Shown here in pieces: positions 34,761 to 43,342 of a DNA stretch of 64,000 bases; position 1 is the stretch's first letter, and each line of letters opens with the position of its first letter. Source of the stretch: Candidatus Eiseniibacteriota bacterium (GTDB lineage Bacteria > Eisenbacteria > RBG-16-71-46); NCBI GenBank assembly GCA_963725865.1, contig CAVSAC010000017.1, forward strand, positions 1 through 64,000. Reading direction: 5' to 3'. A program made the position numbers and the translations under genes. The notes under the pieces are model-generated. The model was not told where the DNA came from. It saw only the letters and a list, made by a program, of their open reading frames with translations, and made no database searches.

Positions 34761-36090
34761 TCATAGCAGACGCAGCGCCTTCACCGCGTCGGGCCGGCCG
34801 TGGCCGGCGCGCTCGGCGGGAAGGCCCTTGGGGCTGCACGAGCCGAGCAGCGCCTGCTCGATCTCGTCGATCGTCTTGGTCGGGTGCGCTTCCATCAGCA
34901 GGGCGGCCAGGCCCGCGATGTGCGGCGTGGCCATCGAGGTGCCGCTCAGGCTGTGGTAGCCGCCTCCGGGACGGGCCGACCAGATGTCCACGCCCGGCGC
35001 GACCAGGTCGGGGATCACCGGATCGTCGGGCCGGCTGAAGCGCTGGCTCGACGAGAACGCCGCCACGGTGCCGTGCTTGTCGTGCGCCCCGATGCTCGAG
35101 GCACTCCGAGTAGTTGCCGGGCGAGCGGCTGGAGCCCGGCCCCTCGTTGCCCGACGCGAACACCGGCAGCACGCCGCGAGCGCGCAGGATGCTCATGATC
35201 GGGACGAAGTCGTCGAGCCAGCCGGGCAGTCCCAGCGACATGCTCAGGATCCTCACGCCCTGGCTCACCGCCCAGTCCATCCCGCCGAGCACGCGCGCGA
35301 CCACCTCGCCGCCCTCGATCACGATCGCGCTCGCCAGCATCGCGCCGGGAGCGACGCCGACCCGGTTCTTGCCCACCGGCCGCCCCGCGATGGTCGCGGC
35401 GGTGTGGGTGCCATGGCCGCGCGACGGCACACCCGCGACCCGGTCGCTGTCGAAGGCCTTCGCGCGGCGCACCTGGCGGCCGAGGTCGTCGAACTCGGCG
35501 AACGACGCGATGGCCTTGCGCAGCGTCGGATGCTCCTCGTCGGCGCCGGTGTCGAGGTGCCCCACGGTGACGCCCGCGCCGCTGAGCCCTTCCTTCCAGA
35601 GCGCGGGCACGTTCATGGCCTTGATCCCCCAGCCGATCCCGCTCGCCGGCTTCGAGGTCGCCGTCGCGACCGGGCGGATCAGGCTCCATGGCGGAGCGCC
35701 GAGCACGGCGCCCACCTGGGCGTCGCCCCGCAGCGCGTCCAGACCTTTCTGCTCGACCGTCCCCAACATGACCCCGAGGTTCGGGTAGAAGCGCGTCTTG
35801 GGCGGCGCCTCCAGGTCGGCCGCCGACCTCCGGGCGTGACCCTGTCGCACCGCCGAGCGTACCGAGCGGCCCGCGTGCGCGGCCATCAGGAGCTGGTTGG
35901 TCTGGCTGCGCTCATCGGTCACGAAGCTGCTGTCGAGGGCGGCCAGTGCCGGTCCCGCACTCAAGGCCGAGATCGTCCCCGAGAGGCCGGTGACCGCCGC
36001 TCCCGCCGGCGCCTGGGCGCCGGGCTTCAACACCACGATGACCTGTGCCACGCCCCGCGATGCGAGGTCTTGCTCGATCTGCTGGCCCAT
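34761..36090 (-). CDS. S8 subtilisin-like serine protease without signal peptide; frameshift near 35100
   Basis: Catalytic D (HLDTG), H (HGTHTA), oxyanion N (ASGNEG), S (SGTSMATPH); GAGGAG RBS. Confidence 0.93.
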
Positions 36091-36108
36091 GGTTCGCTCC
36101 TCGGCAGG

Positions 36109-36396
36109 CTACGGTCGACGCCGCGGGCGCCTCTCGCGTCCGGCGCGGCGTCCGGGTGGGGCCGACGGCGGATCGTAGCTGTCGGCCTCGTTGGTCCTCA
36201 GGATCCGGAACTTCTGCCCCTTGGGCGAGGTGAACGGGATCACCGCCTCGACGGACTCGGGCGCCGGCAGCCCACGGCGGCGCCGCGCCGTGGACTTCGC
36301 CGCGGCCTTCGGCTGGGGCGCCCGCTGCTTCGCCGCGCCCTTGCGGGTCCCCGGCTGCTTCGCCGCGCCCTTGCGCCTCGACGGTGTCGTGCTCAC
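36109..36396 (-). CDS. Small basic hypothetical protein (95 aa)
   Basis: GTG with AGGAG RBS, ~19-bp spacing to both neighbours; carries a motif shared with the upstream gene. Confidence 0.75.
   Translation of the reverse strand: MSTTPSRRKGAAKQPGTRKGAAKQRAPQPKAAAKSTARRRRGLPAPESVEAVIPFTSPKGQKFRILRTNEADSYDPPSAPPGRRAGRERRPRRRP
36324..36375. repeat. 22-bp direct repeat, 30-bp period, encoding RKGAAKQ twice
   Basis: GCTGCTTCGCCGCGCCCTTGCG at 36324-36345 and 36354-36375. Confidence 0.85.
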
Positions 36397-36415
36397 CGGA
36401 CTCCTGCGCCCCGCA

Positions 36416-37195
36416 CTAGGGGTTGAACTTGATGCTGGTGATGGGATGGACCTCCCACACCGTCGGCATCTTCGCCTTCAGGCTCTGCGGGCCCGGCCGC
36501 TGTCCACTGGCATGACTCGCGTCCCAGAACAGCGAGCCGGCGACCTCGATCGGGACCGGGGGATCGTAGAAGTCGTAGGTCGTCCCCGGCAGCTGGTCGC
36601 CGAAGAACGCCTTGTACGCGTCGCGCGCCTTCTTGAGCTTCGCGTAGCTCTTGCTCGACTTGGGCGGCAGTCCGGACAGCTCCATGGTCATGTACACCTC
36701 GGTCGCGGCACTCACGGCCTGGCCGATGATGAGGTGGAAGTCGTTGTCGGCCTCCTTGCTGGCCGCGTAGATGAACGCCTTGAGCTTGACGTTGCGATCC
36801 TCCTCGGTCACCCGCTTCGAGGTCGGCGTCGTGGTGATTTTGGGCTTGTGCTTCTTCATCTTGTCGTGGGAGGGGAGGGTGTCGACGAGGCTCTTGAGGT
36901 TCTTGAAGGTCTCGGTCTTGGCGGTGGCGATCGAGAGCTTGGAGGTCTTGCGGGCCTTGCCCTTGAACGAGTCGCCGACCGGCGCCGCCAGCGCCGCGGT
37001 CACGACGGCGGCCGCGGCCGCTTCATAGGAGTCGATCTCGGTGGTCCTGATCACCCGGAACGTCGGCCCCGCGGCGGCCACGCCGCCGAGCAGCCCGACA
37101 CTCACCACCGAGGCCGCGGCCGGCATCCCCTTGCGGTCGAGATCGAGTCCTGCGGTGAGTGCGGCGTTCGCGGCGCGCCTGGGCCTTCGTGCCAT
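36416..37195 (-). CDS. Lys-rich hypothetical protein, possible OB-fold-like C-terminal domain
   Basis: AGGAGG RBS; C-terminal 'KEADNDFHLII' and 'WEVHPITSI' motifs; about 26 Lys in 259 aa. Confidence 0.8.
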   Translation of the reverse strand: MARRPRRAANAALTAGLDLDRKGMPAAASVVSVGLLGGVAAAGPTFRVIRTTEIDSYEAAAAAVVTAALAAPVGDSFKGKARKTSKLSIATAKTETFKNLKSLVDTLPSHDKMKKHKPKITTTPTSKRVTEEDRNVKLKAFIYAASKEADNDFHLIIGQAVSAATEVYMTMELSGLPPKSSKSYAKLKKARDAYKAFFGDQLPGTTYDFYDPPVPIEVAGSLFWDASHASGQRPGPQSLKAKMPTVWEVHPITSIKFNP

Positions 37196-37237
37196 GTCGT
37201 CCTCCTGGTTGCGTGTCGGATCCGGCGTGTGCCGGTC

Positions 37238-37807
37238 CTAGTGCTTCACCCCCAACAGCGTCAGCACGGCCATCACGAAGCAGACCGCGGCACCGAAGCG
37301 GATCATCGGGCGCGCCGGCAGCACGCGGCGCAGCGAGGCCACCAGCAGGGCGGCCACCGTGCCCTTGGTGATCAGCGCCAGCGCCGAGCCCAGCCACACC
37401 GCGACCAGATCGCTCGAGCGCGAGGCCACGAACGCCGTGGCGAGCTGGCCGAGGTCGCCCCATTCGGAGAAGAACACGGTCGCGAACGTCGCGCCGATGC
37501 CTCTGCCGCGTGCGGCCGCCGCCGGCTCCGGCTTGGTCTTCGCGTCCTGGCGCAGCAGCAGGAACCCGCCCCACACCAGCGCGGCGGCGCCGAGGAGCGT
37601 CACCACCGCGGACGGAACCAGCCGGAGCGTGCCGCCGAACATCACCGCGACACACGACTTGACGAGATAGCCGAGCATGAGGCCGGTGAACACCCAGCCC
37701 AGGCGGAACCGCGTCGCCAGCGCGCCCACCGAGAAGATGGAGCGATCGGCGATCAGCTCGGCGGCCAGGACCGCGGTGTACGCGCGACCCAGTTCAGCGC
37801 CGTCCAT
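37238..37807 (-). CDS. TMEM165/GDT1 (UPF0016) family Ca/Mn transporter
   Basis: Two repeats with 'AELIADRS' and 'FFSEWGDLGQLAT', variants of E-x-G-D-(K/R)-(T/S); multiple TM helices. Confidence 0.82.
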   Translation of the reverse strand: MDGAELGRAYTAVLAAELIADRSIFSVGALATRFRLGWVFTGLMLGYLVKSCVAVMFGGTLRLVPSAVVTLLGAAALVWGGFLLLRQDAKTKPEPAAAARGRGIGATFATVFFSEWGDLGQLATAFVASRSSDLVAVWLGSALALITKGTVAALLVASLRRVLPARPMIRFGAAVCFVMAVLTLLGVKH

Positions 37808-38180
37808 GTGCAGCTCGCACGCGCGAGTCCCCCGTCGGGGTGACGCTTCGACGATGGCGTAGCGGCCGGATTGCCTACAGGTCGAGTGGTGCTGCTCGAG
37901 TGCCGCCCCGGGGACTATCGCCCGTGAGCATCAGGGCGAACGCGGGCGAAGCTGAGCGTGTTCCGCGAGAAGTGCCTCGAGAACGATCGCTACGGTACGA
38001 ACGTGGGGCCCGGGAATCAACAGCGATTCTCGCGCCGGCGCCGTGCGCCAGCGGCAGATTCACCTAGGGCGGGGCGCGGCCGGCCCGTATCCTCTTTCCA
38101 CCCCAGCCCGCGACCCGCACCCGGTCACCCGACCGGGTCTGCGGGTCGCTTGCGTCACGACCCCCGCAAGGACCCCACCC

Positions 38181-39389
38181 ATGCGCAACCTCTCGAGACT
38201 GCTGTGCCTCCTGCTGTTGGTCACCGTGGCACCCGGCGCCCGCGCCGCCGCCCCGGAGACCATGAGCTACCAGGGCATCCTCACCGACAACGCCGGCACG
38301 CCGGTCCCGAACGGCACCTACGACCTGACCTTCAGCCTCTACGACGTCGCCGCCGACGGCGCCCCGCTCTGGACCGAGACCCAGACCGCCGTCGCCGTGC
38401 AGGCCGGCCTGGTGAGCGTGCAGCTCGGCTCGGTCGCACCGCTCACCCTGGCCTTCGACGTGCCGTACTTCCTCGGCATCAGCGTCGACGGGGGCGCCGA
38501 GATGGCGCCGCGCATCGCGCTCGCGTCCTCGCCCTACGGACTCAGCCTGCGGCTGCCGTTCACCGGCACCGCCTCGAGCGCCAGCGAGGCGTTTCACATC
38601 GTCAACGTCGGCGGTGGCGCCGCCATCGTGTCGGACCCGCTGCTCGACGCGCGCGGCTCGCTGAGCGTGACCGGCGCGGGCGGCAGCATCCTGCTGCTCG
38701 GCGACAACGTCGGCGATGCCGCGGTGGCGCTGCCCAACGACGCCGTCTCCTCGCTCGAGACCCTCGACGAGCCCGGCGTGGCCAGCGCCACCTCGGACGC
38801 GCTGGTCAGCTGGACCAGCGGCTACAAGACCCTGCTGTCGCGCACCATCACCGTGCCCACCGATGGCTACGTGCTGGCGATGGCGGCCTGCACGCAGACC
38901 GTGTTCCACAACGCCGGCACCGCCGACGGCGCCGAGTTCGGCGTCTCGCAGGTGCCGACCTCGCTCCCCGCCAACCAGGACCAGGATGTGTCGATCGCGT
39001 CGTCGATGCCGTCCAACTTCTACACCGCCTCGTACGCTCCGCATGGGCTGTTCCAGGTGACCGCCGGGACCCACACGTTCTACCTCCTCGGCCACTTCCT
39101 TTCGGGTGGCGGGGAGTTCGCCACCAATCTGCAGCTCACGCTCGCGTTCTTCCCGACCGCTTACGGCGTGGTCACGCCCACGGTCGCCCAGACCACCGCC
39201 AAGCCCGCTCTGGACCTCACGCGCGTCGGCCCGGCGTGGGACGTCGACGCCGAGCGCCGCGAAGGCGAGTCGTTCGCGCGCGACCGCGTCGAGCGCGAGC
39301 TGCGCGAGCTGCACCAGCGACTCGCCACGCTCGAGGCCGCGCTGCACGTCCCCACCGCCAAGCGCGCGCCGGCCGCGGGTACGCGATGA
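38181..39389 (+). CDS. Secreted fibre-like hypothetical protein with C-terminal coiled coil
   Basis: Signal peptide, N-domain 'MSYQGILTD..G.PV.NG.Y..TF.LYD....G..LWTE', 'SSPY' motif, C-terminal 'VERELRELHQRLATLEAAL'. Confidence 0.78.
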   Translation: MRNLSRLLCLLLLVTVAPGARAAAPETMSYQGILTDNAGTPVPNGTYDLTFSLYDVAADGAPLWTETQTAVAVQAGLVSVQLGSVAPLTLAFDVPYFLGISVDGGAEMAPRIALASSPYGLSLRLPFTGTASSASEAFHIVNVGGGAAIVSDPLLDARGSLSVTGAGGSILLLGDNVGDAAVALPNDAVSSLETLDEPGVASATSDALVSWTSGYKTLLSRTITVPTDGYVLAMAACTQTVFHNAGTADGAEFGVSQVPTSLPANQDQDVSIASSMPSNFYTASYAPHGLFQVTAGTHTFYLLGHFLSGGGEFATNLQLTLAFFPTAYGVVTPTVAQTTAKPALDLTRVGPAWDVDAERREGESFARDRVERELRELHQRLATLEAALHVPTAKRAPAAGTR

Positions 39390-39955
39390 GCGCGGCGGAT
39401 CCGCGAGCGGCCATGAAGTCGAGGATGGCCTGGGCCGCCGCCGCGGTCGGAGCCGGCCTGATGCTCGTCGCGGGCAGCGCGGCCGCGTTCCAGTTCCGCT
39501 CGGTGGTGATCGGCAACGGCGCCACGCCGCCCGGCGGCATCGGCGACGGGACCCGGGCGATGCAGGCCACCGCCGGACAGCCGGTGGTGGGAGTGAGCGC
39601 GGGCGCCACCAGCGCGCTGGTGCACGGCTTCTGGGCGCGCGGCGGCGTGCTGCTGCTGGGCGTGGACGACGGACCGCAGCTGCCGGCGCCGCTGACGCTG
39701 GCGTTCGGGGCTCCGCATCCCAACCCCACCCGGGCGGGCACCAGCTTCACCATCGCGATCCCGGCCGCCGGCGCGGTGCGGCTGGACGTGTTCGACCTGC
39801 AGGGCCGCCCAGTGGATCACCTCGTGGACGGGCAGCTTCCCGCGGGAGTGCACTCCATGCGCTGGAGCGCCGCGGTCGCACCCGGCGTCTACCTGGCACG
39901 CCTGACCGTGGACGGACGACGCGTGGCGGAGCGGCGGATCGTCGTCATCCACTGA
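39386..39955 (+). CDS. Short secreted protein with T9SS-A/FlgD-like C-terminal domain
   Basis: ATGA overlap with the upstream gene; signal peptide; 'TAGQPVVG...HGFW'; CTD 'PHPNPT...FDLQGR...PGVYL...RRIVVIH'. Confidence 0.8.
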   Translation: MSAADPRAAMKSRMAWAAAAVGAGLMLVAGSAAAFQFRSVVIGNGATPPGGIGDGTRAMQATAGQPVVGVSAGATSALVHGFWARGGVLLLGVDDGPQLPAPLTLAFGAPHPNPTRAGTSFTIAIPAAGAVRLDVFDLQGRPVDHLVDGQLPAGVHSMRWSAAVAPGVYLARLTVDGRRVAERRIVVIH

Positions 39956-39995
39956 CGCGGGCGGACCCGGGGTGGCCCCTCGGGTCCGCGCTGCC

Positions 39996-41132
39996 TCAGC
40001 TCACGTCGCTCCAGGTCGGAAGCGGGTGGCGGATGGTGCCGAGGGCGAAGCTCGCCGACAGCCCGCCGCCGAAGCCGAACAGGCCGAACCGGCGCTGCGG
40101 CTGCAGCTCGGCCGGGTTCAGCGCCAGCGCCAGTGGGATCGAGGCGCTGGTGGTGTTGCCGAAGCGACCGCCCGCGTCGAGCACCCGGCCCTTGAACCCG
40201 TGCGCACGCCACATCTTGATGATCGACGCGTTGAGCGTGAGGTTGGCCTCGTGCAGCGTGACCAGGTCGAGGTCGGCCATGTTCCACTTGGCCTTGGCAA
40301 GCGCCGCCTGCACCGCGGGCCCGCCCGTGAACGGCACCAGCACGTCGCGCACCGCGGCGCCGTCCATCGCCAGCTTGTGCCGGCCCTGGGCCGCCTCCTC
40401 CTCCGTGAGCGAGGGCCGGCGCGATCCCCCCGCGGGCGTGAGGATGATGTCGGCGTGGCCACCGTCGAGCCAGCTCCAGAACTGCGCCGGCGAGAACCAG
40501 TCCTCGTCCTCCGGCACCGCGACGCACAGCGTGGCCGTGCCCGCGTCGCCCAGCACCGTGGCGAAACTGCGATCGCGCCAGTTGATGGTGGCGCTCATGC
40601 GGTCGGCGCCCACCAGCAGGATGCGCCGCGCCATCCCCGAGCGGATGAGCGAGTAGCACAGCATCAGGGATGTCACCCAGCTGCTGCACGCCAGCGAGAC
40701 ATCGGCGCCCTTGATCTCGCGCGGCACCGGACCCGACCACACCGGGATGCCCAGGGCGTTCTGGAGCAGCGCCGCATCCGGCGGGCTGTAGAGGTGGGAG
40801 GGTGTGACGCTGGCGACGATGATCGCGTCGATGCCGCTAGGGCTCTCGCCGGAGCGCTCGAGCAGCTGGCGGGCGGCAGCCGTGGCGAGATCGATGGTGC
40901 CCTGACCATCGCACGAGAAGCGTCGCTCGGTGAAGCCGATGAAGCGCCGCACCCAGCGATCGCTGGTGGTGAAGAGCTTGGCTTCCTCGGGGGTGAGGTC
41001 GCGCTGGCCCGCGGCCTGGGTGCGCATGCGCTCCAGACGCAGCCGGGCGGCCACGCGCGCGTTGCTCCAGACCTGTTCAGGCGCGTGGGCCGAGATACCC
41101 GCGAGACGCATGCCGTGGAGAGCTGAGCTCAA
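39996..41132 (-). CDS. fabH: 3-oxoacyl-ACP synthase III (FabH-like)
   Basis: Cys in 'SLACSS', 'LGDAG', His in 'LHEAN', Asn in 'GNTTSASIPLAL', 'GFGGGLS'. Confidence 0.88.
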   Translation of the reverse strand: MSSALHGMRLAGISAHAPEQVWSNARVAARLRLERMRTQAAGQRDLTPEEAKLFTTSDRWVRRFIGFTERRFSCDGQGTIDLATAAARQLLERSGESPSGIDAIIVASVTPSHLYSPPDAALLQNALGIPVWSGPVPREIKGADVSLACSSWVTSLMLCYSLIRSGMARRILLVGADRMSATINWRDRSFATVLGDAGTATLCVAVPEDEDWFSPAQFWSWLDGGHADIILTPAGGSRRPSLTEEEAAQGRHKLAMDGAAVRDVLVPFTGGPAVQAALAKAKWNMADLDLVTLHEANLTLNASIIKMWRAHGFKGRVLDAGGRFGNTTSASIPLALALNPAELQPQRRFGLFGFGGGLSASFALGTIRHPLPTWSDVS

Positions 41133-41270
41133 GCACGCCCTTCCTGTAGGGGACCCGCTGCTGGGGGTCGTCGGATTCGATGGCAGCCAAGATAGCGCGA
41201 GAGGCGGGGGCGGGACAACTGGGGAGCCTTCGCAGGGGATAGAAGGCGGAGGCTCACTGGACTATCCACG

Positions 41271-42236
41271 ATGAGCTACCATCCCGATGCCATGCGCGGG
41301 GTCATCGTCGTCACGGACTACGACTGGTACCAGTTCCTGGCTCGCCAGACTGACCTCGACGAGGTCAACTTCTGGAGGCCCAGCGATACGCGCACGCCGC
41401 AGCAACTCAAGGCCGGGATGCCCGTGGTCTTCAAACTGCGCAAACGCCACGGTGGATGGATCGTCGGATGGGGGCTCTTCGCCAAGCACGACGTGCTTCC
41501 CGCCTGGCTGGCGTGGGACGCGTTCGAAACCAAGAACGGGGCGGCGAGCTTCGCCGAAATGCGTCGGCGCGTGGAACGACTCCGCCGCGACCAGGGGGGC
41601 GATACTGCCGACAGCGGCGACTACTGCATCGGTTGCTTGATGCTCGCCCAGCCGGTGTTCCTGCCTCGAGAAACGTGGATTGCGCCACCCGTCGACTGGC
41701 CCGACCACACCGTCCAGGGCAAGGCGTATGACCTGCAGTCCGGTGAGGGTGCCCGAGTCTGGCGCGAGTGCCTGGACCGCGGCACGACTCGTGAGCGGGC
41801 TGCGGATCGCGAGCCCGTCCCCGCACAACAGGAAGCCCGCTATGGCGATCCGATGCTCGTCAGACCACGGCTCGGGCAGGGGATCTTTCGACTGTCAGTG
41901 ACGGACGCCTATGGCCGCGCCTGCGCCGTGACGTCCGAGCATTCCCTCCCTGCGCTCGAGGCTGCGCACATCCGTCCCTATGGCGATGGTGGGGAACACG
42001 AGGTCTCGAACGGCTTGCTGCTCCGAAGCGACATCCACCGACTATTCGACAAGGGGTATGTCGGGGTGACGCCCGATCATCGGTTTGTCGTCAGCACCCG
42101 GCTCAGGGATGACTTCTCGAATGGGCGGAGCTACTACCCGCTTCACGGGAAGGCGATTCGCGTGCCGAACGAGCCCGTGGAGCGGCCGAGTATGGACTTG
42201 CTCAAATGGCACCTGGCTGTGAGGTTCAAGGGATAG
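41271..42236 (+). CDS. HNH endonuclease, putative modification-dependent restriction enzyme
   Basis: 'RLGQGIFR..VTDAY...CAVT', 'LEAAHIRPY', 'SNGLLLRSDIHRLFDKG'; N-terminal 'VTDYDWY...VNFW.P' domain; visibly lower GC. Confidence 0.88.
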   Translation: MSYHPDAMRGVIVVTDYDWYQFLARQTDLDEVNFWRPSDTRTPQQLKAGMPVVFKLRKRHGGWIVGWGLFAKHDVLPAWLAWDAFETKNGAASFAEMRRRVERLRRDQGGDTADSGDYCIGCLMLAQPVFLPRETWIAPPVDWPDHTVQGKAYDLQSGEGARVWRECLDRGTTRERAADREPVPAQQEARYGDPMLVRPRLGQGIFRLSVTDAYGRACAVTSEHSLPALEAAHIRPYGDGGEHEVSNGLLLRSDIHRLFDKGYVGVTPDHRFVVSTRLRDDFSNGRSYYPLHGKAIRVPNEPVERPSMDLLKWHLAVRFKG

Positions 42237-42374
42237 TACGGCGCCTCAGTTGCGTTGTGGTGAGAAGCGACCGGCGACAGGACCAGATTCTGAGTCCTTC
42301 GCCGGGAGCATCAGGAGACCGCAGCGTGCAACTCCAGAAGCCGGGAACGCGGCTACACAATCGGGAGGACGCGC

Positions 42375-43258
42375 ATGGCCGATGTCACGCGTCGGAGGAA
42401 TGGTGAGCTCACCCGCCAACTGCTGGAATTGCTTCGCGACCACCCGCAGGGCCTTCAGGCCCGCGAGGCTCTCGTGATGCTGGAGAGAGCCCTGACGCTT
42501 ACGGCGTATGAGCAGGGTACGTTCGACTCGGGGGACCGTCGGTTCGAGAAGTTGGTGCGCTTCGCAACGGTGACGCTTGTGAAGGCGGGATGGTTGGCCA
42601 AGGCCCGTGGCCGCTGGAGCGTCACCGAGGATGGCCTGCAAGCCGTTGCTCGGTTCAAGGACCCGGAGACCTTCTACCGGGAGGCGCTCCGCCTCTACTC
42701 AGCCTGGAGGAATGCGACAATCCCTGAGTCACACACTGAGGAGGTGGGAGAGCCCGAGGTCGCCGAGGTCTCGATAACCTACGAGCAGGCGAGGAGCAGG
42801 CCTGGAGCCAGATTGAGCAGCATCTCGTCTCGATGAATCCGTATGAATTCCAGGAGCTCGTAGCCTCGCTTCTTCGTGGTATGGAGTACCACGTCGCCTG
42901 GGTAGCGCCCCCCGGCAAGGACCGTGGCATCGATATCATCGCCTGGGGGGATCCGCTCGGGACCAAGCCTCCGCGGATCAAGGTGCAAGTGAAACGGCTC
43001 GGCCAATCCGTGGATGTCGCGGGCCTACGCTCATTCATGGCTGTGCTCGGCGACGACGATGTGGGCTTGTTCGTGTCGGCGGGTGGGTTCACCAAAGACG
43101 CGTGGGATGAAGCTCGGCTCCAGGAATCGCGGCAGGTCACTTTGGTCGATCTTGAGCGACTGTTCGATCTTTGGGTCGAGCACTACTCCAAGATCGATGA
43201 GACCGCCCGACGGAGATTGCCGCTCCAGCCCATCTACTTCTTGGCACCCGGAGTGTGA
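42375..43258 (+). CDS. mrr: Mrr-family restriction endonuclease; one frameshift near 42790
   Basis: Mrr N-terminal 'LVKAGWL...RGRWSVTEDG' joined via 'EQAWSQIEQHL' to 'MNPYEFQELV..LL..M', 'DRGID', 'IKVQVKR', 'GLFVSAGGFT'. Confidence 0.9.
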
Positions 43259-43342
43259 GGGGATAGTCGACGGCCACCGCAGGAATTGGTCGAGAAAGGC
43301 GATGCAGTCGCTCGCACAGTCCTTGCGACACACCGGCTCCGT

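Noticed and set aside
37808..37960. yybP-ykoY (Mn) riboswitch upstream of the GDT1 gene
   Set aside because: Expected from context, but I could not find its conserved sequence elements; a covariance-model search would be needed.
42780..42836. Programmed frameshift or genuinely split mrr
   Set aside because: No slippery sequence; a single missing base restores EQAEEQAWSQIE, in line with the general indel noise.
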